Shown: positions 24,891 through 38,617 of the stretch, piece after piece | Position numbering within the stretch: the first letter of the stretch is position 1 | Layout of the letters: each line of letters opens with the position of its first letter | NCBI RefSeq assembly: GCF_044704955.1 | Contig: NC_091999.1 | Coordinates: 23,374,001-23,438,000 of the forward strand | Origin: Pristiophorus japonicus | Taxonomy: Eukaryota | DNA: 64,000 bases | Reading direction: 5' to 3' | Translations under genes and position numbers: made by a program | The notes under the pieces: model-generated | Seen by the model: the letters and a program-made list of their open reading frames with translations, nothing else | Database searches by the model: none | What the model was told of the DNA's origin: nothing

Positions 24891-25070
24891 AAAAAGGAGG
24901 TAACTTCAACCAGTCAAACCCAGTGAGATCGGATTAACATGGTGGAGAAGCAACTGATAACTTCAACAACAAATAACCTTACATTGCAGTATCAACTGTT
25001 TTTGCAGAATATATCTTTAATTTACCCCATATTTTGATCGGTTGCTCTTTATTATTTGCCACAACATCAA

Positions 25071-28000
25071 ATGGTTAGTTTTGAGGGTTGGAACGCAAGT
25101 CAACAGATCAGGGTCGGAGATCAACTCATCCAATCAGACTGGGCCCTCGATGGACAACGCCTATGACGAAGTGGCACAGAACAAAACCATCGTCCTTCCC
25201 TGTTTCCTTGTATTAGTGCTTGTATCGGGCATTACCGGGACCTCAAGTGCACTGTGGCACATCGTACGAATGAAGAAGGTCTCACAAGCAAGTGATGTCC
25301 TCCTTCTGGATTTAATGATCACCGACTTCTTGATTATCCTGGTCTCTATACTTTCTCTTATGCAATTTATCCTTGGAAGCAGATTATGGAGTAATTCCGT
25401 GATGTCAGTGCCCTCTTGCGTCTAATCAATCTTTATGGCAACGCACTTTTCATGACCTGCATTGCTATTACATAGAAACATAGAAAATAGGTGCAAAGGT
25501 AGGTCATTCGGCCCTTCGAGCCTGCACCACCATTCAATATGATCATGGCTGATCATGCAACTTCATTACCCCATTCCTGCTTTCTCTCCATACCCCTTGA
25601 ACCCTTTAGCTGCAAGTGCCTCATCTAAGTCCCTTTTGAATATGTCTAACCAACTGGCCTCAACAACTTTCTGTGGTAGAGAATTCCACAGGTTCACATT
25701 TCTCTGAGTGAAGACGTTTCTCCTCATCTCGGTCCTAATTGGCTTACCCCTTATCCTTAGACTCATGGTGCTGGACTTCCACAAGATCGGGACCATACTT
25801 CTTGCATCTAACCTGTCCAATCGCATCAGAATTTAGCATGTTTCTATGAGATCCCCTCTCATTCTTCTAAATTCCAGTGAATATATGCTTAGTCGATCCA
25901 GTCTTTCTTCATATGTCAGTTCTGCCATCCCGCGAATCTGTCTTTTGAACCATCGCTGCACTCCCTCAATAGCAAGAATGTCCTTCCTCAGGTAAGGAGA
26001 TCAAAACTCTACATAAATATCAAGGTGTGGCCTCACCAAGGCCCTGTACAACTTCAGTAAGACCTCACTGCTCCTATATTCAATAACTTTCGCTATGAAG
26101 GCCAACATGCCATTCACCGCTTGCTGAACCTTCATGCCAACTTTCAATAACTGATGTACCATGACACCCAGGTGTCGTTGCACCTCCATTTTTCTTATTT
26201 GTCACCATTCAGATAATATTTTGCTTCCCTGTTTTTGTCACCAAAGTGGATAACCTCACATTTATCTATATTATACTGCATCTGCCATGCATTTGCCCAC
26301 TCACCTAACCTGTCCAAGTCACCCTGCAGCCTGTTACCATCCTCCTCACAGTTCACACTGCCATCCAACTTAGTGTCATCTGCAAACTTGGAAATATTAT
26401 TTTCAATTCCTTCGTCTAAATCATTAATGTATATCGTAACTAGCTGAGGTCCCAGCACTGAACCTTGAGGTACCCCACTCGTCACTGTCTGCAATTCTGA
26501 AAAGGAACCGTTTATTCCTACTCTTTGCTTCCTGTCTGCCAATCAATTCTCTATCTATGGCAATACATTACCTCCAATACCATGTGCTTTAATTTTTACA
26601 CACTAATCTCTGATGTGGGACCTGGCCAAAAACCGTTTGAAAGTCCAAATACACCACAACCACTGGTTCTCCCTTGTCCACGCTACTGGTTACATCCTAA
26701 AAAAAACTTCTAGACGATTTGGCAAACCTGATTTCCCTTTCATTAATCCATGCTGACTTGGACCGATCCTGTCACTGCTTTCCAAATGCGCTGCTATTAT
26801 ATCTTCAACGATGGATTTCAACATTTTTCCCACTACCGATGTCAGGCTAACCGGTCTATAATTCCCTGTATTCTCTCTCCCACCTTTTTTAAAACGTGGG
26901 GTTACATTAGCTATCCTCCAATCCATAGGAACTGATCTAGAATCTATAGAATGTTGGAAAATGAACACCAATTCATCCATTATTTCTAGGGCAACTTCCT
27001 TAAATACTCAGGGATGCAGAATATCAGTCCCTGGTGTTTTATCGGCCGTCAATCCCATCAATTTCCCTAACACCTGATTCTGACTGCAAGGGAACTATAT
27101 TTGTCCTAACTAATTTTTTTCTCTTTACATATCTATCGAAGCTTTGCAGTCAGTTTTCATGTTCTCGGCAAGCTTCCTCCCTATACTCTAGTTGCCCCCT
27201 CCTAATTAAATCCTTTGTCCTCCTCTGCTGAATTCTAAATTTCTCCCAGTGCTCAGGTTTGCTGCTTTTCTGGCTAGTTTATATGCCTCTTCCTTGGATT
27301 TAACGCAATCCCCAATTTCACTTGATAGCTACGGTTGAGCCAATTTCCCCGTTTTATTTTTATGCCAGACAGGGATGTGTAATTATTGAATTTCATCCAT
27401 GTGATCTTTAAAAGTCTGCAATTGCCTATCCACTGTCAACCCTTTAAATATCATTCGCCAGTCTATCCTAGCCAATCCACGTTTCATTCCATCGAAATTA
27501 ACATTCTTTAATTTCAGGACTTTATTCTCTGAATTAACTGTGTCACTCTCCATCTTAATGAAGAATTATATCACATTAAGGTCACTCTTCCCCAAGTGGC
27601 CTCGTAGAACAAGATTGCTAATTAATCCTCTCTCATTACACAATCTAGGATGGCCAGCTCTCTGGTTGGTTCCTCGACATATTGGTCTCGAAAACCATCC
27701 CTTATGCACTCCAGGAAATCCTCCTCCACCATATTGCTACCAGTTTGGTTAGCCCAATCTATATGTAAATTAAAGTCACCCATGCTAACTGCTGTACCTT
27801 TATTGCACGCATTCCTAATTTCCAGTTTGATGCCACCCCAACCTCACTATGACTGTTTGGTGGTCCGTACACAAATTCCACTAGCGTTTTCTGCCCTTTG
27901 GTGTTCCGCAGCTCTACCCATACAGATTCCGCTTCATCCAAGCTAATGTCCTTCTTTACTATTGCTTTAATCTCCTCTTTAACCAGCAACGCTACCCCAT

Positions 28001-28566
28001 CTCCTTGACCAATATATTTTTTTGTCCACCACATTAGGTCTCATGTCTGGTGAAGGCCTTGATGCTACCTCATTCTAGTCTATGCAATTTGGGTGGCAGT
28101 GTTGGCCCTGAGCCTGATAGCCTTTTCGTAATGAGAATTAGCAGATAAGGTTTCATGCAAATATATGCAATTATCGTGGCAAATTTTCATGCAATTTGTT
28201 TAAATTAAATTATTTCTGATCCTGATGTTGTTGATCTGCTATACCCTAACCGCAAAAGTAATGATAGAAGTGGGAGCTGAGAAGGAATCTATGGAGCTGA
28301 TGAAGAAGAAAGTGCTGAAGTACATTCGTGTAATTTTGGTGCTTCTTTTCTGCTTTGACCCTTATCACATCCCTGAACTGTATTTTGATTGTATTTTGAG
28401 ATTAAGGATTTGCTAGATCCAGCGAATCCATTCCCAGTTTTTTTACAGTGGCAATAGTAAATTTTACAACTGGACCCTCCCTTCATTCATTGCCTTCCTC
28501 AATCCCTTGCTGTACATTTTCAGGTCGCAGAGCTTTGAATGGCGATCGCGCTGCTGCACTGTGTAA
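25071..28566 (+). pseudogene. P2Y/LPAR-type (delta-branch) class A GPCR pseudogene, single exon interrupted by CR1
   Basis: 5' part: N-glycosylation-rich N terminus, TM1 VLPCFLVLVLVSGITG, TM2 LLDLMITDFL, TM3 INLYGNALFMTCIAI. After the CR1: DQY..VH, TM4 YAIWVAVLAL, TM5 LLICY, TM6 LFCFDPYH, TM7 FLNPLLYIF, stop at 28564-28566. Several stops and frameshifts; true start uncertain (ATG 25071 or 25150). Confidence 0.85.
25470..28006 (-). mobile_element. CR1 LINE (5'-truncated, internal deletions) inserted in the GPCR
   Basis: ORF fragments 25566-28034 covering APE and RT; catagaaa tail at 25470. Confidence 0.93.
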
Positions 28567-29084
28567 CATGCTCGAAACAGTAACACACACGCTCACATCA
28601 GCAGGGTCTGAGTTAGAGTGTAAGAACTCACCATCTGCTTTTCCACATTAAGTACGGAGAGAATGTGCTGAAGACACGGACATCAGGAGCAACAGTGTTT
28701 GTCCAGTTGTTGCGACTGAGCAAATAGGCTACAAATTATAGCAGATTGAACTTGCCTGAAGTGAAATCATTCCAAACTTAGCTTATGTGTCCATCAAGAA
28801 CGAATGATTACATTTATCTATCAATGTTACGTACTCATAAATTTGTTTTCTGACAAGAAAATACGAACCTAAATGATGGTCACGGAAGTTCGAACACTGG
28901 TGCTCCTGGGCCTCTACAGGTACGCAGGCATAAACGTCCACATATCCCAGGGGTGCACGCGTTTAGCATGTGACCCTGGGACCATTTGGGCCAGGCCGAC
29001 CAAACAAAAGGTGAATCCCAGTTATGTTCATGGAGATTCCACTAACTTTTGGAATCAACAAAAGCATAAATAGGAATGTGCCTG

Positions 29085-32060
29085 TTGGACATGGCCAGAA
29101 AAAGCAGCAAACCTGAGGACTGGGAGAAATTTAAAATTCAGCAGAGGAGGACTAAGGGTCAATTTCGGACCGTGGAATATAGATTATGAGAGGAAGCTTT
29201 CTGGGAACATAAACACTGACTGCAAAAGCTTCTATAGATATGAAAAGAGGAAAAGTTTAGTGAAGACAAACGTAGGCCTCTTTCAATCAGAATCAAGTGA
29301 ATTTATAATGGGAAACAAAGAAATGGCAGACAAATTGAACAAATACTTTTGTTCTGTCTTCACTGAGGAAGACACAAATAACGTTTCAGAAATACTAGTT
29401 CCTCCTTCTCGATGGTCTATCGAGAAGGAGGAACTGAAGGAAATTCTTATTGGACAGGAAATTGTGTAAGGGAAATTGACGGAATTGAAGGCCAATAAAT
29501 TCCCAGGGCCTGATAGTCTGCATCCCACGAGTACTTACGGAAGTGACCCTAGAAATAATGGATGCGTCGATGATAATTTTCCAACAGTCTATCGACTCTG
29601 GATTAGTTCCTATGGACTGGAGGGTAGTTAATGTAACACCACTGTTTAAAAAAGGAGGGAGAGAGAAAAGGGGAAATTATAGACCAATTAGCCTGACATA
29701 AGTACTGGGGGAAATGGTGGAATCAATTGTTAAAGATGAATTAGCGGCATTTGGAAATCAGTGAAAGGAGCGCTCCAAGTCTGCATGCATTTAGGAAAGG
29801 GAAATCATGCTTGAAGAATCTTTTAGAATTTTTGAGGACTCAACTAGTGGAGTGGACAAGGGAGAACCAGTGGATGTGATGTATTTGGACTTTCAAAAGG
29901 CTTGTGACAAGGTACCACACAAGAGATTGGTGTGCAAAGTTAAGCACATGGTAATGGGGGCAATGTATTGACGTGGATAGAGAAATGGTTAGCAGACAGG
30001 AAGCAGAGAGTCGGGTTAAACGTGTCCTTTTCAGAATTGCAGGCAGTGACTAATGGGGTGCCACAGGGGTCAGTGCTGGGATACCAGATATTTACAATAT
30101 ACATCAATGATTTAGATGCAGGAATTGAGAGTAATATCTCCAAGCTTGCAGATGACACTTAGCTGGGTGGTGGTGTGACCTGTGAGGAGGATGCTAAGAG
30201 ACTGCAGGATGACTCGGACAGGTTAGGTGAGTAAGCAAATGCATCACAGATGCAGTATAATGTGGATAAATGTGTGGTTATCCAATTTGGTGGCAAAAAC
30301 GTGAAGCCAGAATATTATCTGAATGGTGGCAGATTATGTAAAGGAGAGGTGCAACAAGACCTGCGTTTCATGGTACATAAGTCATTGAAGCTTGAAATGC
30401 AGGTGCAGCAAGTGGTGAAGAAGGCAAATGGCATTTGGGCGTTCACAGCTAGGGGTTTTGAGTATAGGAGCAGGGAAGTCTTCCTGCAGCTCTACAGGGC
30501 CTTGGTGACGCCTCTCTTGGAATATTGTGTTCAATTTTGGTCTCCTAATCTGAGGAAGGAAGTTCTTGCTATTGAGGGAGTGCAGCGCAGGTTCACCAGA
30601 CTGATGCCCGGGATGGCAGGACTGACATCTGAGGAGAGACTGGATCGACTGGGCGTCTATTCGCTGGAGTTTAGAAGAATGAGAGGGGATCTCCTACAAA
30701 CATACAAAATTCTGACGGGTCTGGACAGGTTAAATGCCGGAAGAATGTGCACGATGTTGGGGGAGTTCAGAACTAGAGGTCAGAGACTAAGGTTGAGGGG
30801 TAAGCCATTTAGGACCGAGATGAGGAGAAACTACTTCACTCAGAGAGTTGCTCTCCTGTGGAATTCTTTTCCGCAGAGAGTTGTTGATGCCAGTTCGTTA
30901 GATATATTCAGGTGGGAGTTGAATATGGACCTTATGGCTAAAGGGAGCAAGGGGTATGGAGAGAAGGCAGGAAATGGGTATTGAGGTGAACATAGAAACA
31001 TAGAAACATAGAAAATAGGTGCAGGAGCAGGCCATTCAGCCCTTCTAGCCTGCACCGCCATTCAATGAGTTCATGGCTGAACATGAAACTTCAGTACCCC
31101 CTTCCTGCTTTCTCGCCATAACCCTTGATCCCCCGAGTAGTAAGGACTTCATTTAATTCCCTTTTGAATATATTTAGTGAATTGGCCTCAACTATTTTCT
31201 GTGGTAGAGAATTCCACAGGTTCACCACTCTCTGGGTGAAGAAGTTTCTCCTCATCTCGGTCCTAAATGGCTTACCCCTTATACTCAGACTGTGACCCCT
31301 GGTTCTGGACTTCCCCAACATTGGGAACATTCTTCCTGCATCTAACCTGTCTAAACCCGTCAGAATTTTAAACGTTTCTATGAGGTCCCCTCTCATTCTT
31401 TTGAACTCCAGTGAATACAAGCCCAGTTGATCCAGTCTTTCTTGATAGGTCAGTCCCGCCATCCCGGGAATCAGTCTGGTGAATCTTCGCTGCACTCCCT
31501 CAATAGCACGAATGTCCTTCCTCAAGTTAGGAGACCAAAACTGTACACAATACTCCAGGTGCGGCCTCACCGAGGCCCTGTACAACTGTAGCAACACCTC
31601 CCTGCCCCTGTATTCAAATCCCCTCGCTATGAAGGCCAGCATGCCATTTGCTTTCTTAACCGCCTGCTGTACCTGTATGTTAACCTTCAATGACTGATGT
31701 ACCATGACACCCAGGTCTCGTTGCACCTTCTATTTTCCTAATCTGTCACCATTCAGATAATAGTCTGTCTCTTTGTTTTTACCACCAAAGTGGATAACCT
31801 CACATTTATCCACATTATACTTCATCTGCCATGCATTTGCCCACTCACCTAACCTATCCAAGTCACTCTGCAGCCTAATAGCATCCTCCTCGCAGCTCAC
31901 ACTGCCACCCAACTTTGTGTCATCCGCAAATTGGGAGATACTGCATTTAATCCCCTCGTCTAAATCATTAATGTTCAGCCATGATCTTATTTAATGGTGG
32001 TGCAGGCTCGAAGGTCCGAATGGCCTACTCCTGCAGCTATTTTCTATGTTTCTATGCTTC
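29085..32060 (+). mobile_element. CR1 LINE with a younger CR1 nested in its 3' UTR
   Basis: ORFs 29260-30984; the 3' UTR resumes at ~31971 and ends in tttctatg repeats. Confidence 0.92.
30989..31974 (-). mobile_element. Young 5'-truncated CR1 nested in older CR1
   Basis: ORFs 31091-31726 and 31730-31912; absent from the paralogous site at ~39505. Confidence 0.93.
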
Positions 32061-32299
32061 GATGTTCCTACTGACCTGCTCTATCAGTTCCTCTCTACCT
32101 GGTTTTCAGAGATCACATTGTAGGTGAGCACCTTAATCGTGGAGCAGTTTGCGGACTTCTGCATAGTATACTGACACAGTGCCCCGCCCCCCGCCCCCCA
32201 CCCCTGCACCACTTCCAGCACGTGACTCTCCTGCGCTTTCCGATTCTCTCTCCAACAGCTCACACTTTTGTCGTTGGTTATTTTCTACTGACCACGTAT

Positions 32300-32900
32300 T
32301 TTCTGGCCTCGTGTCTCGACTTCGCTGCTAGCCACCTGTGACGGTATTTTCTGCATCTTCCCTGGGTCCCGATCTCCTTGTTGGTCCGTGCTGTACCTTT
32401 CCTGGTCACAACCTACCTGTTGGACCGTGCTGTACCTTCCCTGGGTCCCGATCACCCTGTTGTTCCGTACCTTACTTTCCTCGAGTACCGATATTGCTGT
32501 TGGCCTCAGCCTCCGACCTCACTGCTGATTTGTGATGAACTTTCCCTGGATGCCAACTTTATTGCCTGTCTTGGCTTCCCGACCTCGCTTCTGCGCTGTG
32601 CCTCACGACCCTGCAGCTGGTCCGTGCTTTTTCTTCCCAGGGTCCCGACCTTACTGCTGGCCTTGGCTTCCCAACCTCGCTCCTGCACTCGGTCTCCGGA
32701 CCTAGCTGCTGGTCTGTGCTGTACCTTCCCTGGGTTCCGTACTCGCTGCTGACCCCTGCTAAACCGTTCATGGGTCCTCCGATCCTCGCCGGCCATCGAT
32801 TCCCACCGGTCCTCCGATTCTTCATTCCCGCCGTCACCCAGCAACTGGTGCCACGTATTTTTACCGGGGTTTTACCCGTTTTCTTGCCAATCGCTGCCCG
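32300..32900. repeat. GC-rich degenerate minisatellite
   Basis: Recurrent gctgtaccttccctgggtcccga...gctggccttggcttcccgacctc; paralogue at 39840-40500. Confidence 0.8.
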
Positions 32901-32949
32901 ACTTGGATGGATTGGAGACACCCGGTGTTTGCGCCACACACACCTTGAC

Positions 32950-35900
32950 ACCCATGCAGCAGAGTCTCGTCTCCAATCATCTTGCATCCCCTTGCCATTG
33001 GTCCAAGACTTAGTCTGTCAGGTTCGGTGGTAGCTCGTGTGCAAGGGACACACCTCAGTAATATAATTCATGCAGGGGTATATTCTAACCTTTAAAATGA
33101 AGTTCAGGACCTGAAAACTTTAGGACCCTCATGGACAATCCCAACATTAACAGACCAGAACGTCATACTGCTGCCATTGTCCGGGAACTGAGATGCTTCG
33201 ACATCGACAACACTGCCCTGAGTGATACAATGTGGGCAGGACAAGGTCAGCTCAAGGAACTAGGTGGTTGATACACATTCTCAAACGGCACACCAGAAGA
33301 ATAACACCGTCTCAATGGGTCATACGCACCAACCCTGGAAACTACGGACACGGACAAAGAGGAATTCTACTCCATCCTGGAACAATCCCTGTCCCGACTC
33401 CCAATAGGCAACACGCTGATTATTCTTGATGACTTTAACGGCAGAGTTGCAAAGGACACAGACCTCATGAGAGGGGTGATTGCCAGGGAAGGAGTAGGGA
33501 AAACCAACTCCAATGGGATCCTCCTCCTGAGGAATTGCTTATAACATGGTCTTGTCATATCCAACACCTTGATTCGTCAGAATGACTACTACAAGGGCAC
33601 ATCGCAACACCCTCGTTCCAGGCACTGGCATCCGATTGAGGGACCACAAGGATGTCCGCATCACTCATGACATGACAGGAGCTGCTGACTGCTGCATTGA
33701 CCACCGCCTAATCCGTTCTATTATCTCCATCAATATAGCCTCAAAACAGCAGGGGCAACATAAATCCTGCCGTAAAAAATCAACATTGAAGGTCTCAAAG
33801 ACCCTGCAAAGAAAGTCCTAATCAGCCAACTGCTCACAGCCTACCTAACGACTTCCAATCAACCAAAGCCGCAGAGTGTCCATCGTGCCTGTTCTGCCCT
33901 AAATCCACTAAAATTAGCATCTGCGAATAAACACTTGGCTACAATACCAGAAAATATCAAAACTGGTTCGATGCGAATGACCAAGAGATCCAGGAGCTAA
34001 TAAACCGCAAACGCAAATCATTTCTGAATTGGAAACAACACCACAACTCGAGTGAAAGCAAGCAGTTCTCGAGGCAACTAAAGGCTGATGTACAACAAAA
34101 ACTCGTGACATAAGAACAGATGGTGGGTGGAAAACGCGCAGGAGATCCAGCAATTAGCTAACAATCATGACGTGCGTGGATTTTTTTTTAGCACAATCAA
34201 GATCACCTACGGGCCAAGCACACTGTCCGATTCTGCAGAGAACCGAGAATGGAGGAGTGCTCTTCATGGACAGAGAGGCAGTCATTAGCCACATGAAGGA
34301 GCACTTTGTGGATCTCCTCAACCAAGCCTCTGTCTTTGATGTGAGTGTCCTTGAACCCATCCCACAACATATAACCCGTCACCACATCGGTAAAATCCTG
34401 ACCCAGCACGAGAGTGAAAAGGCTATCTGACAACTAAAGAACAACAAGGCCTCAGGAATCCCCGCCGAAGCACTAACATATGGTGGAGTAATACACTTGG
34501 CGCGAATTCATGTCCTCATATCCCTTAACTGGAAGGAGGAGAGCATACCAGGGCCTCTCAAAGATGCCGTAATCGTGCCCATCTTCAAGAAAGGTGACAA
34601 GTCCGATTGCAGTAATTACAGAAATCCGCAGGGAATATTATCGCACAAGTCATCCTCAATTATCTCCTCCCAATGACTGAAGAGCTCCTCCCACAGTCGA
34701 AATGCGGATTCCACAAACTAAGGGGCACAATGGGCATGACATTCACCGTGTGACAATTCCACGAAAAATGTATAGAGCTACTTCAATCTCTGTACATCGC
34801 TTACTTTGCTCTCACAAAGGTCTCCGAATCCGTCAACCATGAGGGATTATGGAGTGCCATTGTTGAAAACAAATATGTAGTGGGAACCTAATTGGTTAAT
34901 AAGGGGACCTAATTAAGTAAAGCTAAAAATTAAAAGCAAGTTTGTAAGAGAAAAAAATACGTGCTACGAACATAGGGAAAATGATAGAACTAGAACGCTC
35001 AGGAAGATAGATCAACTTATCACAGTATAAACCAGACAGTTTGGAAAAATACATTCCATAGCTAGGTTACATGGGGTAGTAAGAGATTACGGGAAACAAA
35101 AGATGATTGAAGAATATCTCACCTGATTCAAAGCAGTTAGGCAAAGAGGAGAAGAGCAAAGATTGATGTGACACTTAACTTATCATATAAAAAGTGCACA
35201 AGGACGTAACGAAGCTTGCTTTCAAAGCAATTGCATTAACCAATTAATATTTGTAATCGTAGTAGATAGGCGAAAATTTTGTGATGCAGCAGGAAAACAA
35301 CAAATGCAAAGCCTCTACATGGAACTTTATGATTTTGTATGTATTCATAGACAAACTTGTGTCGAGTATCTTTTTTAATACTCCATATCAGTCATTCTCA
35401 AATTTTGATCTCCTCTGAAATTTGTCACCAACGGATCTACTACAAACACAATATAAGTGCAGAAGGAGGTTAAGCAAGGCTGTGTCATCACAAGGACGCT
35501 CTTCTCAATCTTCCTCGCTGCAATGCTTCACATCATCTTTAAAAATCTCCCCACTGGTGTGTAGTTAATCTAATGGACAAGCAGGAAATTGTTCAACCTG
35601 TGACGCCTCCAGTACAGATCCAAGGTAGGTCCAGGCTCTTTCATTGAATTACAGTATTCAGACGTTGCTTGCTTTTGTGCACATTCGGAGCCCATACACC
35701 AAACCTTCATTGACACTTTCACTGGAGCATACGAGAGTGTGGGCCTTTCATTAAGCATCAGTACGACAAACGTTCTCCAGCAACCAGACCCCGCTGCACA
35801 GTACTACTTCTCGATTATCAAGATCCATGTCGGGATCTTTGACAATCGGGACCACTTCCCATAACTTGGAAGCCTACTTTCAGCAAGGACAGACATCGAT

Positions 35901-36645
35901 GACTAAGTCCATCACATTATTCAATGTGCCAGTGGAGCCTTTGGTCGTCTGAGGAAAAGAGTGTGCAAACACCAAGATCTCAATCCCAGCAACAAGCAAA
36001 TGGAGTAAAGTGCAGTCGTGGTATCCGCCCTCTTCTATGCTTCAGAGACATGGACTATATACAGTAGGCACCTCAAAGCACTGGAGAAGTAGCACCAATG
36101 CTTCCTCCGCGAGATCATGCGAACTTATTGGCAGGATAAGCGCAACAACATCAGGGGTCTCTCTCAGGCCAAATTCTCTTGTATCATGGCATTTAATATG
36201 CTCGATCAGTTCCGATAGACGGGCCACATGGTCCACATGTCCGATACTAGAGTTCCGAAACAAGCATTCTTCTCTGAGCTATGTCACAGCAGCGAGGTCG
36301 AGGAGGGCAGAGAAAACGCTTCAACGACACCATCAAAGCCTCCTTGATAAAAATTAGCATCCCCACTGACCCTTGGGAATCCCTGGCCCAAGTGGATCAG
36401 AAGAATCCGACAAGGCACCAAGGACTTCAAGTTTCTCCGCCGTGATCAAGTAGAAGCCAAGTATAAAGAGCGGAAGGAGTGAACGACAAATCAAGCACCC
36501 CATCCACCAGTCCCTCCAAAAACCCTCTGCCCCACCTGTGAGAGAGACTCTAAATCCAGCATTGTTCTCAGCAGTCACCTTAGAACCCATTTTAGTTTGG
36601 AAGCAAGTCATCCTCAACTCGGGGGTCTGCCTAAGAGAAGATAAT
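32950..36645 (+). mobile_element. Near-full-length degenerate RTE-clade LINE
   Basis: MKF.TW..RTLMDN-like APE start at ~33097, DFN.RV, DH.LI, IFKKGDKSDCSNYR, VKQGCVI, RTE-type 3' end; many stops; interrupted by a solo LTR. Confidence 0.88.
34861..35390. mobile_element. Solo LTR inserted in the RTE
   Basis: 530-bp AT-rich insert starting TGTTG and ending ATCA, flanked by gccat/gtcat (5-bp TSD, one mismatch); TATA-like catataaaa at ~35184. Confidence 0.7.
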
Positions 36646-36759
36646 AGGAAGCCCCTAATAACAGAACTACACACCTGTTAATTATAAATCAAGCAATACA
36701 TCAAAATGAATTAAAATACAATTAAATTAAACATTTTAAACAAATATTAAACTTTTTGA

Positions 36760-37125
36760 AAAATAAATGTAAACGTTTTCAAGAAGTTAAGTTAACATAA
36801 TAACTTTTAAAGGTTTTATTATGTTTAAATGATTAAAATATATTTTAATAATAACTGCAATCTTACACTGGTAAAATAAAACACTCTGCCTCCTTTTAAC
36901 AGGTGCAAGATTTTCATGGGCATTCGCTAGGCAAATAGCCAAAATCTCCATCATCAAATGTCCATTTCCCAGGGATGCGGACGATCTGTCAAGCAAAATC
37001 TTGACAGATTGCAATTTCTGTGTTTTCATGCATGCACATCACTCCCAGAAAGCTGGAACTTGCGTGGCACTTATGGCCCCATTGGCACCATGTATGCATT
37101 AAATGCCATGGAAATTCCTGGCCAT
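36760..37125. repeat. Unclassified interspersed repeat (MITE-like), related to 41171-41750
   Basis: Shared block aatcttgacagat...catgc...ggaa(c/g)ttgcg with ~41610-41680. Confidence 0.4.
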
Positions 37126-38350
37126 TATATTTATGTAACTCTATATATGTCTAAACCGTGTTGGAGATATTCCCACTGTTATGATGCTCATTATTTCTGC
37201 GAACCAATCACCAACTTGCCGTACTGGACACTGGGCAGGGGAATGGAGAGGGATTCACAAATGGGACTTGTTCTGGAATATTCTCTTGTCCCTTTGAAAC
37301 CAAAGCAGGGCAGTACACTGTAGGCTATGGGCAAAATGCAAGATCTGAAATGGAGGACTTGAAAGAACCTGCAACGACCATCAGTCCATCAGCTTCACAG
37401 CAGCTGTCCAACGTTGTAGAGTTTGCTGACTATACAATGTACCACTTGCTTAAATTGTGGCGTAAATTTTACAAATTCAATGTTAATTTTTTTGATCAGT
37501 ATGATAATTGATGCAAATTCAAAATAAATGGTGGAGTTTCAGAATAAATGTAACTTACGTTGATTGTAATGTATTATATACATGTTGAGAAAAAGCTGAT
37601 GTGGCGACCTGGAGGGTCTGGAGCTGCCTTAAGGCGCTAATAGGAATAAGTAGCATTTCTTAATGTGCTGATATGTTGAGAACCTGTGATTATTCCATCA
37701 CGTGCAAGTCAGAATGACATTTCAATGGATGCTGTAGCTATGTTAGTAACAAGCTATTGTCATCGTAAGGCATGACGTTTCGTTTGGCCATTTGTAAGCT
37801 GAACATGTTAAAACTGCAGGCTTAGCAGTTTAGAACAAAGGACAGAAATTTCAACTTGAGACTTCAGATATGGTGGTTTAGAACCACCGAACGTGAGATG
37901 TAAATGTCTTGATACTGAAACATTTGAGATAACGGAAAGCATCTTCCAAATCCTACGTGCGAGACTCTGATCGCTTTGGAAGAGAAATGGGTGTATACAT
38001 TAACCAGTCACATGGGCAGAGCCAACGGTTGAACAGCTGCTAGTCACAGACATATATGGATGTTTTTTATCATTGTAAATTGTCAAGCTTACGCTTCCGC
38101 ACAATCATTTATAAAACCTGATGCAATTGTTTATCGGAGAGAGCCTTTGCTAATATTCTCTCCCCTGCATGCTTGTAATAACGTTTCTCACATCATAGCC
38201 TGCCCACGACCCAGGGTAGTTTCTTTCCACATCAACAACTGAGGAGTACTGTGAGGTAGGATGAGGTGGAGCAATTGGAATGATGTAAAACAAAAATCAG
38301 AAGCCACTATCAACCAGGACCCAGAGATTGTTTTTCACTCTTGAAGCATG

Positions 38351-38617
38351 CTGCCAGTGCGTCTGCCGTATAATACCGGAAATTGGGTTTTTGAAGTCCT
38401 TTTAATTGGACTCTGGATTTGTGGGACATGAATACACCAGAATTGTAAATTAGGCTATATTTTACTGTCTGATACAAGCATTATTTTGCTTTCGATGATT
38501 ACTAGTCGAAATCACCTAGCATTTTATATAGTGACCAAGAAACAAGTGTAGTTCTCAGTTTAAATGGAGTTGGAAAGATGAGGGAGAATTAAGATCAGAG
38601 ATATGCAGAAATAATTC
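38351..38617 (+). repeat. ~265-bp direct repeat, copy 1 (copy 2 at 40559-40828)
   Basis: ctgccagtgcgtc...gcagaaataattc alignable along its whole length. Confidence 0.9.

Noticed and set aside
32338-33033. Cluster of overlapping ORFs here and at 39821-40582 as a novel gene
   Set aside because: Produced by a GC-rich stop-poor minisatellite; frames are not conserved between the two paralogous copies.
37195-37510. ~105-codon stop-free plus-strand frame (FLRTNHQLAVLDTGQG...)
   Set aside because: No recognisable domain, no clear splice signals or partner exons.
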